From contig DASVFV010000116.1 of assembly GCA_036379875.1 (NCBI GenBank), positions 9,933-73,932 on the forward strand: a stretch of DNA of 64,000 nt. The letters run 5' to 3'. Below the pieces are notes generated by a model. The model ran no database searches, was not told the DNA's origin, and worked only from the letters and a program-made list of their open reading frames with translations. Both the position numbers and the translations under genes were made by a program. This DNA comes from Burkholderiales bacterium. Its GTDB lineage: Bacteria > Pseudomonadota > Gammaproteobacteria > Burkholderiales > SG8-39. Below, in pieces: positions 55,611 through 62,851 of this stretch (the first letter of the stretch is position 1; the number at the start of each line of letters is the position of its first letter).

Positions 55611-55900
55611 TTGCCTTTCCTCCTTTTGGCCTTCTTCGCGGCCTTGCGCTTTTTGGGTTTCATGCGGTCGGTGCGCCGGCGCTTCTGCTTGGGCTGCGTG
55701 CGCGGCTTCTCGCCGTCCTTGGGGAATTGCAGGATTGCATCCTTGAAGAGCTGCACCAGCCCGAGCACGGCGGCTGCTTGCGTCGGGTAAAGCGCCTCGG
55801 TGCGCACCAGCAGCTCCTGCTGATTCTCGGGGTTGTACAGCTCGGCGAGATACTTGCCGCTCGCCTGGTCGATCACGAACTCCACGCGAAATTGGGCCAC
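55607..55900 (-). CDS. small protein with ~60-aa N-terminal domain (weakly YegP/DUF1508-like) and Lys/Arg-rich tail
   Basis: 97 aa. The GTG start is preceded by GGAGGAGG at 6 nt, and the stop overlaps the SBP ATG (ATGA). The tail reads KPRTQPKQKRRRTDRMKPKKRKAAKKAKRRKGK. Confidence 0.65.
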   Translation of the reverse strand: MAQFRVEFVIDQASGKYLAELYNPENQQELLVRTEALYPTQAAAVLGLVQLFKDAILQFPKDGEKPRTQPKQKRRRTDRMKPKKRKAAKKAKRRKGK

Positions 55901-55935
55901 GCAAACCTCCTCCGGTTGATTAGTATCACACGCCC

Positions 55936-56904
55936 ATGCGAGCGGTCGATATCACGCAGCCCGGCGGACCCGAAGTCCTGAAGCCCGCCGACCGGCCGCA
56001 GCCGGCCCCGAAGGACGGCGAGATCCTGATCAAGGTCGCCGCGGCCGGCGTCAACCGGCCCGACATGCTGCAACGCCAAGGCCATTACCCCGTGCCGCCC
56101 GGTGCTTCGGATATTCCCGGGCTGGAGGTCGCGGGTGAAGTCGTGCAGTCCGGAAAGCTCTGGAAAAAGGGCGACATGATCTGCGCGCTGGTCGCGGGCG
56201 GCGGTTACGCCGAATACTGCGCGGTCCCCGAAGTGCAGGCGCTGCCGATCCCGAAAGGCCTGACGCCCGTGCAAGCCGCATCGCTGCCGGAAACCTTCTT
56301 TACCGTCTGGTCGAACGTCTACGACCGCGGCAAGCTCGCGCCGGGTGAGACGCTGCTCGTGCAGGGCGGCAGCTCGGGCATCGGCGTCACCGCGATCCAG
56401 ATGGCGAAGGCCATGGGCAACCGCGTTTTCGCCACCGCCGGCTCGGACGAAAAGTGCGCCGCCTGCATGCGCCTCGGCGCTGAAAAGGCTTTTAACTATA
56501 AGACCCAAGACTGGTCGGCTGAAGTCATGACAGCGACCGGCGGCAAGGGCGTGAACGTGATCCTCGACATGGTGGGCGGCGACTACGTGCCGCGCGAGCT
56601 CAAGTGCCTCGCCGACGACGGGCGCCTGGTGTTCATCGCCTACCTGCGCGGCCCGAAGGCGGAGCTCAATATCGACGCGGTGATGCGCCGGCGCCTCACC
56701 ATCACCGGCTCGACGCTGCGTCCCCGCCCGGTGGAGTTCAAGGGCGCGATCGCGAGAAACCTGCGCGAGAAAATCTGGCCGCTGATCGAGGCGGGCAAGA
56801 TCAGGCCCGAGATCTACAAGACCTTCCCGCTCGCGCAGGCCGCCGAGGCGCACCGCCTGATGGAGTCCTCGCAGCACATCGGCAAGATCGTCCTTACCGT
56901 GTAA
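55936..56904 (+). CDS. NAD(P)H:quinone oxidoreductase (MDR superfamily, PIG3/Qor-like)
   Basis: 322 aa. It carries EILIKVAAAGVNRPDMLQRQGHYP, the GGSSGIGVTAIQ nucleotide motif and a C-terminal SQHIGKIVL. Confidence 0.85.
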   Translation: MRAVDITQPGGPEVLKPADRPQPAPKDGEILIKVAAAGVNRPDMLQRQGHYPVPPGASDIPGLEVAGEVVQSGKLWKKGDMICALVAGGGYAEYCAVPEVQALPIPKGLTPVQAASLPETFFTVWSNVYDRGKLAPGETLLVQGGSSGIGVTAIQMAKAMGNRVFATAGSDEKCAACMRLGAEKAFNYKTQDWSAEVMTATGGKGVNVILDMVGGDYVPRELKCLADDGRLVFIAYLRGPKAELNIDAVMRRRLTITGSTLRPRPVEFKGAIARNLREKIWPLIEAGKIRPEIYKTFPLAQAAEAHRLMESSQHIGKIVLTV

Positions 56905-56908
56905 ACCG

Positions 56909-56976
56909 AATTCGGGGCCAGGGCCACGAATCGCTTTTACGTACGTGAAGACGATTCGTGGCCCTGGCCCCGAATT
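56909..56976. repeat. REPIN-like inverted REP doublet (family A), distal copy
   Basis: AATTCGGGGCCAGGGCCACGAATCG (56909-56933) pairs with CGATTCGTGGCCCTGGCCCCGAATT (56952-56976). The spacer contains TACGTACGT. It lies between convergent genes. Confidence 0.85.
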
Positions 56977-56980
56977 CCGT

Positions 56981-57889
56981 TTACCGCTTAGACGCTTCGG
57001 TTTTCAGCCACTCCACGAATGCCTTGACCTCGGGGCGCGCCTCCGCGTTCCTCGCCACGATGGCGAAATAGCCGCGCGCAGGGTCGGCCTGGCTCTTGAA
57101 CGGCGCGACCAGCTGGCCGTCGGCAATGAGGTCTTTCACCAGAGGGGTGCGGCCGAGCGCGACGCCGTGGCCGGCCACCGCGGCCGGGATGATCTGCTCG
57201 TAGCCCGAGAAGGATAGCGTGCCGGCGGGCTTCAGGTCGGCGATGCGCTCGACCTCGAGCCAGGTCTTCCAGTGCAGCCAGGGATGGCGCACGTCCGGGT
57301 CGTCGTACTGCAGCAGCACGTGGTTGCGCAGGTCGGCCGGCTTTTGCAGCGGGGTTTTCTTCAACAGCTTGGGGCTGCAGACCGGGAACACCTTCTCGCC
57401 GAATAGCCGGATCGCGCCCGGGCCGGCGAGCGACGCCGGCCCGTGGCGCAGCGCGAGGTCGAGGCCGTCGCGCTCGAGGTCCTGCACCTTGGTGTCGGCG
57501 GTGATGCGCACGTCCACGCCCGGGTGGTCACGCGTGAAGCCGGCGAGGCGCGGGATCAGCCACAGCGAGGCGAACGAGTGCGTGGTGGTCACCGAGAGCG
57601 CCTTCTTGCCGGCGCCGGCGCGCAGCCGGTCGGTGGCGGTGCGCATGGTCGAGAGCGCCTGCGCGGCCGCGGCATAGAACTGGTGCCCGGCCTCGGTGAG
57701 GGCGAGCGCGCGGTGGCGGCGCTGGAAGAGCTGCACGCCGAGCTGGTCCTCGAGCTCCTTGATCTGCCGGCTCACCGCCGACTGGGTGAGATAGAGCTCC
57801 TCGCCCGCCTTGGTGAAGGACAGGTGGCGCGCCGCGGCCTCGAAGCCGACCAGCAGGTCCAGCGCCGGCAATGCATTCCTGCTAGGCAT
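56981..57889 (-). CDS. LysR family transcriptional regulator (GcvA-like)
   Basis: 302 aa. The N-terminal HTH is LVGFEAAARHLSFTKAGEELYLTQSAVSRQIKELE, followed by a LysR substrate-binding domain. Confidence 0.9.
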   Translation of the reverse strand: MPSRNALPALDLLVGFEAAARHLSFTKAGEELYLTQSAVSRQIKELEDQLGVQLFQRRHRALALTEAGHQFYAAAAQALSTMRTATDRLRAGAGKKALSVTTTHSFASLWLIPRLAGFTRDHPGVDVRITADTKVQDLERDGLDLALRHGPASLAGPGAIRLFGEKVFPVCSPKLLKKTPLQKPADLRNHVLLQYDDPDVRHPWLHWKTWLEVERIADLKPAGTLSFSGYEQIIPAAVAGHGVALGRTPLVKDLIADGQLVAPFKSQADPARGYFAIVARNAEARPEVKAFVEWLKTEASKR

Positions 57890-57968
57890 GCATGACCCCA
57901 GTTTTTACCGTTTGAGAGCCCGGACGGAAGCATGCATCCTGCGCATACCAAACGCAAGGAGAACGACG

Positions 57969-58199
57969 ATGCGGATCGAACTGAGAAGCGGCAACGTGCA
58001 ACTGGGACCCAACCAGACCCTGCGGGTCGTCGACGGCGCGGGCAGCACGGTGTGCGCGGTCGAAGGCTCGCTGTGGATCACCGAAGAGAACCAGCCGCGC
58101 GACATCGTGCTCAAGCCGGGCACCTGCTACCGCCTGCGCGAGCGCGGCATCGCCCTAGTCAACTCGCTCGGCGGCAACGCCGCCGTGTCGTTCGCCTGA
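57969..58199 (+). CDS. DUF2917 domain protein
   Basis: The ATG at 57969 follows AAGGAG, in the frame of ORF 57810..58199. The 76-aa sequence MRIELRSGNVQLGPNQTLRVVDGAGSTVCAVEGSLWITEE matches the DUF2917 pattern often found next to LysR genes. Confidence 0.65.
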   Translation: MRIELRSGNVQLGPNQTLRVVDGAGSTVCAVEGSLWITEENQPRDIVLKPGTCYRLRERGIALVNSLGGNAAVSFA

Positions 58200-58210
58200 A
58201 AGGAAGGACC

Positions 58211-58366
58211 ATGAGATACGACTTTGCCTACATCGAAGCGCTCCGCGCCAAGGCGCACCGCGAGCGCGCCGAGGCGGTGCATCGGCTGCTGATTGCCCCG
58301 CTGCTGAATCTCTTCACGCCCAAGGCCGGCCATGCCCCTCGTCCGCATCTCGCTCGTCAAGGGTAA
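58211..58366 (+). CDS. hypothetical small protein (51 aa)
   Basis: The ATG at 58211 follows AGGAAGG, in the frame of ORF 57932..58366 (MRYDFAYIEALRAKAHRERAEAVHRLL...). It overlaps the tautomerase start by 35 nt. Support is weak. Confidence 0.35.
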   Translation: MRYDFAYIEALRAKAHRERAEAVHRLLIAPLLNLFTPKAGHAPRPHLARQG

Positions 58367-58733
58367 GCCCGAGGCGTACCGGCGCAAGGTGGGCGACGCC
58401 GTCCACCGCGCGCTGGTGGAGACGATCGGCGTGCCGCCGCTCGACCGCTTCCAGCTCATCACCGAGCACGAGCCGGGCGACATCGTCTACGACTCGAACT
58501 ACCTCGGCATCGCGCGCTCGAGCGACATCGTGATCATCCAGGTCACGCTCTCGGCCGGCCGCACGCTGGAGCAGAAACGCGCGCTCTACCGGCGCATCGC
58601 CGACAACCTGCACGCCGCGGTGGGCCTGCGGCGCGAGGATGCCTGGGTCAACCTGGTCGAGACCGCCAAGGAAAACTGGTCGTTCGGCAACGGCCTCGCC
58701 TCCTACGCTCCCGCGGAGGCCGAGACCGCCTAA
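58332..58733 (+). CDS. tautomerase superfamily protein (4-OT-like, Pro1)
   Basis: 133 aa. The N-terminal MPLVRISLVKGK (catalytic Pro1 after Met removal) and duplicated beta-alpha-beta units are present. Confidence 0.8.
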   Translation: MPLVRISLVKGKPEAYRRKVGDAVHRALVETIGVPPLDRFQLITEHEPGDIVYDSNYLGIARSSDIVIIQVTLSAGRTLEQKRALYRRIADNLHAAVGLRREDAWVNLVETAKENWSFGNGLASYAPAEAETA

Positions 58734-58743
58734 AATCGGGGGG

Positions 58744-59616
58744 GTGTTCAAGCCGGACCTCCTGAAGGGCAAGCGCATCCTCGTCACCGGCGGCGGCACC
58801 GGCATCGGCAAGGAGATCGTCGCCCGCTACCTCGAGCTCGGCGCCGAGGTCTGGATCTGCGGACGGCGCGGCGGCGTGCTCGAGGAAACCGCGAAGTCGC
58901 TCGGCGGCAAAGTCAAAACGCACGTCGTCGACATCCGCGACGCGCAGGCGGTCGACGCGATGGTGCAGCGCATCTGGGACGAGAGCGGGCCGCTCACCGG
59001 CCTGGTCAACAACGCGGCCGGCAACTTCATCAGCCCGACCAAGGACCTCTCGCCGAACGGCTTCAACGCGATCGCCAACATCGTGTTCCACGGCACGTTC
59101 TACGTGACGCACGCCGTGGGCAAGCGCTGGATCGCCGGCGGCCACAAGGGCTCGGTGATCTCGATCCTCGTCACCTGGGTGCACACCGGCTCGCCCTACG
59201 TGGTGCCCTCCGCGATGTCGAAGGCCGGTCTGCACGTGATGACCAAGTCGCTCGCGGTCGAATGGGGCAAGTACGGCATCCGCTTGAACGCGATCGCGCC
59301 CGGCCCGTTCCCGACCGAGGGGGCGCAGAAACGGCTGCGGCCCGGCGGTGGCGGTTTTGATGAATCAAAAGATTGGAACCCCATGCGGCGCGTGGGCCGC
59401 ATGGAAGAGCTGCAGAACCTCGCGACCTTCCTGATGGCCGACGGCTGCGAATGGCTGACCGGCGAGACCATCGCCATCGACGGCGCGGGCTACCTCGGCA
59501 CCGGTGCCGGCGGCTACTATCTCGCGCTCGACAAGATGAGCGACGCCGACTGGGAGCGCATGCGCGCGATGATCAAGGCGACGAACGAAAAGGATCGGGC
59601 GGCACGTACCACCTGA
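58744..59616 (+). CDS. SDR family oxidoreductase, 2,4-dienoyl-CoA reductase-like
   Basis: A GTG at 58744 lies in the frame of ORF 58639..59616. Motifs are TGGGTGIGK, NNAAGNF and SAMSKAG, resembling the DECR/peroxisomal-type SDR. Confidence 0.7.
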   Translation: MFKPDLLKGKRILVTGGGTGIGKEIVARYLELGAEVWICGRRGGVLEETAKSLGGKVKTHVVDIRDAQAVDAMVQRIWDESGPLTGLVNNAAGNFISPTKDLSPNGFNAIANIVFHGTFYVTHAVGKRWIAGGHKGSVISILVTWVHTGSPYVVPSAMSKAGLHVMTKSLAVEWGKYGIRLNAIAPGPFPTEGAQKRLRPGGGGFDESKDWNPMRRVGRMEELQNLATFLMADGCEWLTGETIAIDGAGYLGTGAGGYYLALDKMSDADWERMRAMIKATNEKDRAARTT

Positions 59617-61199
59617 TGGCGATGCAACCGCGGCCCGCAGCGACGCTGATTCTCCTGCGGGAAAAGAACGAAGTACTCATGCTCCAGCGCACGCAAAGCG
59701 CCGCGTTCCTCGGCGGCGCCTACGTGTTCCCGGGCGGCTCGCTCGATCCGCACGACGACGACCGCAAGCTGTTGCGCCGGGTCGTCGGCCTGACCGAAGC
59801 GCAGGCAAACGAGCGCCTGAAGCTCGCGTCGGGCGGGCTCGCCTACTACGTCGCCGCGATCCGCGAGTGCTTCGAGGAAGCCGGGATCCTGCTCGCGCCC
59901 GGCGTCTCGGCCGAGCGCGCCGCGTCGCTCATGCACTGGCGGAACAAGCCGTTCATCGAAATGCTGGAAGCCGAAGACTTGTACATCCCCGCCGGCGAGC
60001 TCGCCTATTTCGGCCACTGGATTACCGCGCCGGGGCGCGCGCGGCGCTTCGACGCGCGCTTCTTCGTCGCGCTGGCGCCCGAGGGCCAGCGCGGCTCGCA
60101 CGACGCGAACGAGACGGTGCACGACGTCTGGATCACGCCGCGCGAGGCGCTCGAGCGCGGCGCGCGCGGCGAGATCGAGCTCGTCAACGCCACGCAGCAG
60201 TCGCTCAAGGAGCTGGCGCGCTTCGCCGATCCGCGCGCGGCCTACCAGCACGCGTGCGCGCTTACCGACATCGAGGAGAACCGCGCGTGCTGGGCACAGG
60301 GCAGGGAAGGCGCGAAGATCTTCCGCCGCCCGGATGCGCCCTACTTCGAGATCCATTGGTGCGACCCGGAAGAAACCGGCGCGAGCACCTACGACATCAC
60401 CGCCGGCGAGCCCAAGCGCCTCGATCGCTGGGTGACGCGCATCACCGCGCCCAACCCGGGCTTGATGACCGGTCCGGGCACCAACAGCTACGTGGTGAAC
60501 GGCGTGGCGGTGATCGATCCCGGCCCCGCGCTCGATTCTCATATCGAGGAATTGTCGAAATACAAGCTGCGCTGGATCCTGTGCACGCACACGCACCTCG
60601 ACCACTCGCCGGCCGCGGCGCTGCTGCAGAAGGAAACCGGCGCGCAGGTGCTCGGCCGGCCGGCGCCGCAAGGCCAGGACGCCACTTTCAAGCCCGACAT
60701 CGTGCTCGAGAACGGCCAGCGCATCGACCTGGGCGATGTTTCATTGCGCGCCATCCACACGCCGGGCCACGCCTCGAACCACGTGTGCTACCTGCTCGAG
60801 CAGACGAAGATGCTGTTTACCGGCGACCACGTGATGCAGGGCTCGACCGTGGTGATCAATCCGCCCGACGGCGACATGCGCGCATACCTGCGCTCGCTCG
60901 AGCGCCTGCTCGGCGAGGACATCGCGATCATCGCGCCCGGCCACGGCTACCTGATCGGCGCGCCGCACAAGGAGATCCGCCGCCTCATCGCGCACCGGCT
61001 GAACCGCGAGCGCAAGGTGGTCGCGGCGCTCGAGCGCCTCGAGCACCCGTCGCTCGAGGAGATGCTGCCGCTCGTCTATGACGACGTGCCCGAGCGCGTG
61101 CACCGCGTGGCGGCGCGCTCGCTCACCGCGCACCTCGACAAGCTGCTCGCCGAAGGCGCGGTGCGCCTCGAGGAGAGCCGCTATACGCTGGTAAGATAA
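59616..61199 (+). CDS. Nudix hydrolase - MBL-fold metallohydrolase fusion protein
   Basis: The ATG overlaps the upstream stop (TGATG). A Nudix-like box sits in the N-terminus (GGAYVFPGGSLD...AAIRECFEEAGILL). The MBL motif THTHLDHS and downstream His residues lie in the C-terminal half. 527 aa. Confidence 0.75.
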   Translation: MAMQPRPAATLILLREKNEVLMLQRTQSAAFLGGAYVFPGGSLDPHDDDRKLLRRVVGLTEAQANERLKLASGGLAYYVAAIRECFEEAGILLAPGVSAERAASLMHWRNKPFIEMLEAEDLYIPAGELAYFGHWITAPGRARRFDARFFVALAPEGQRGSHDANETVHDVWITPREALERGARGEIELVNATQQSLKELARFADPRAAYQHACALTDIEENRACWAQGREGAKIFRRPDAPYFEIHWCDPEETGASTYDITAGEPKRLDRWVTRITAPNPGLMTGPGTNSYVVNGVAVIDPGPALDSHIEELSKYKLRWILCTHTHLDHSPAAALLQKETGAQVLGRPAPQGQDATFKPDIVLENGQRIDLGDVSLRAIHTPGHASNHVCYLLEQTKMLFTGDHVMQGSTVVINPPDGDMRAYLRSLERLLGEDIAIIAPGHGYLIGAPHKEIRRLIAHRLNRERKVVAALERLEHPSLEEMLPLVYDDVPERVHRVAARSLTAHLDKLLAEGAVRLEESRYTLVR

Positions 61200-61202
61200 A
61201 GC

Positions 61203-61469
61203 ATGGGCGACGAAGAGAAGACCATGAAGCTGGTGACCAACCTCGATCGCAAGGCGATCGAGGCGAAGCTCGCCCAGGTGCGCACCGACGCGCTGTCGGC
61301 CAACCTCAAGGAGCTCGCCGACATGTTCAACGGCGTCGAGGGCATGCCGCGCGCGCAGATCGAGCAGAAGGTCAAGAACGCCATCAAGTGGCTGGCGGAC
61401 AAGCCGCAGCTCAACCGCATCGCCTCGCAGCTCGAGCTGGTGGGCCTCAATCTTCCCAACCTGAAGTAG
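61203..61469 (+). CDS. hypothetical small protein
   Basis: 88 aa (an alternative start at Met8 is possible). The protein is helical and charged. No family was recognised. Confidence 0.45.
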   Translation: MGDEEKTMKLVTNLDRKAIEAKLAQVRTDALSANLKELADMFNGVEGMPRAQIEQKVKNAIKWLADKPQLNRIASQLELVGLNLPNLK

Positions 61470-61521
61470 CGCCCTGGGTTTCGACTACGATCTGTTCACG
61501 ATAGGAGGCGGCTCCGGCGGC

Positions 61522-62823
61522 GTGCGCGCGAGCCGCGTGTCCGCGTCCTACGGCGCCAAGGTCGGCGTGGCCGAGTCGGGCCGCTTCGGCGGCACGTGCG
61601 TGAACGTGGGCTGCATCCCGAAGAAGCTCTTTTCCTACGCCGCGCACTGGCGCGAGGACTTCCATCTCGCCGCCGCGTACGGCTGGACGGTCGGCGAGCC
61701 GAAGTTCGACTGGCAGACCCTGCTCAGGAACAAGGACAAGGAGATCGCGCGCATCAGCGGCGTATACGAGCGCGTGCTGGTGAACGCCGGGGTGCAGATC
61801 CATCGCGGGCGTGCAACGGTGCTCGGGCCCCACGAAGTCGAGGTCGAGGGCAAAAGGCTCGCTGCCAAACACATCCTGGTCGCGACCGGCTCCTGGCCGA
61901 CGCTGCCGGCCATCCCGGGCATCGAGCTCGCCATTACCTCGAACGAGGCATTCCATCTCGAGCAGCTGCCGCGCCGCGCGGTGGTGGTGGGCGGCGGCTA
62001 CATCGCGCTCGAGTTCGCCTCGATCTTCCAGGGCCTGGGGGTCGCGACCACGCTCACCTACCGCGGCAAGCGCCTGCTGCGCGGCTTCGACGCGGAGGTC
62101 GGCACGCGCGTGGCGGAGGAAATGTCCGGGCGCGGCGTGACGATCTGCTTCGGCTGCGAGCCGGCCGCGCTGCGCAGGAAGGGCGGCGCGATCGAGATCG
62201 AGTTCACCGACGGGCGCCTGATGCAGAGCGAGCTCGTGCTGTTCGCCACCGGGCGGCGGCCGAACACCGCAAAGCTCGGGCTGGAATCCGCCGGCGTGAA
62301 GCTCGCCGCGGATGGCGCCGTGATCGTGGACAAGTTTTCAAGAAGCACGGTCGACTCCATCTACGCCATCGGCGATGTCACCAACCGCATCAACTTGACG
62401 CCGGTCGCGACCGCGGAAGCGATGTGGCTCGCGAAGACGCTGTTCCGCGGCGAGCCGACGCCCATCGACCACGAGAACGTGCCGACCGCCGTGTTCTCCA
62501 ACCCGAACGTGGCCACCGTCGGGCTCTCCGAGGAGAAGGCGCGCGAGCGCTACGGGGAGGTGGACATCTACAAGGCGGTGTTCCGCGCGCTCAAGGTCGT
62601 GATGAGCGAGAACGCGGAGAAGACGTACATGAAGCTGGTGGTCGACCGCGCGAGCCAGCGCGTGCTCGGCGCGCACATGGTCGGCGCCGACGCGGGCGAG
62701 ATCATCCAGGGCGTGGCGATCGCGGTGAAGCTCGGCGCCACCAAGGCGCAGTTCGACGCGACGATCGGCATCCATCCGACTGCCGCGGAAGAATTCGTCA
62801 CCATGCGCGAGAAAAGCGCCTAG
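61522..62823 (+). CDS. gor: glutathione-disulfide reductase (true N-terminus lies upstream of the listed GTG, probably from CTG 61474)
   Basis: Diagnostic blocks are the redox-active GGTCVNVGCIPKK, the NADPH motif VVGGGYIALEFA and the C-terminal HPTAAEEFVTM. The FAD motif FDYDLFTIGGGSGGV is encoded in frame at 61480-61524, upstream of the track start. Confidence 0.85.
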   Translation: MRASRVSASYGAKVGVAESGRFGGTCVNVGCIPKKLFSYAAHWREDFHLAAAYGWTVGEPKFDWQTLLRNKDKEIARISGVYERVLVNAGVQIHRGRATVLGPHEVEVEGKRLAAKHILVATGSWPTLPAIPGIELAITSNEAFHLEQLPRRAVVVGGGYIALEFASIFQGLGVATTLTYRGKRLLRGFDAEVGTRVAEEMSGRGVTICFGCEPAALRRKGGAIEIEFTDGRLMQSELVLFATGRRPNTAKLGLESAGVKLAADGAVIVDKFSRSTVDSIYAIGDVTNRINLTPVATAEAMWLAKTLFRGEPTPIDHENVPTAVFSNPNVATVGLSEEKARERYGEVDIYKAVFRALKVVMSENAEKTYMKLVVDRASQRVLGAHMVGADAGEIIQGVAIAVKLGATKAQFDATIGIHPTAAEEFVTMREKSA

Positions 62824-62851
62824 GACTGTTTCTTGCTGCGCTGGTGTCGCC

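Noticed and set aside
61203-62823. Whether the small ORF 61203-61469 and gor are one gene joined by a frameshift or by readthrough.
   Set aside because: The gor frame is +1 relative to the small ORF and is closed by the TGA at 61462-61464. The small protein has no similarity to any Gor extension. No slippery heptamer or stimulatory structure is evident. The missing-start problem is reported separately.
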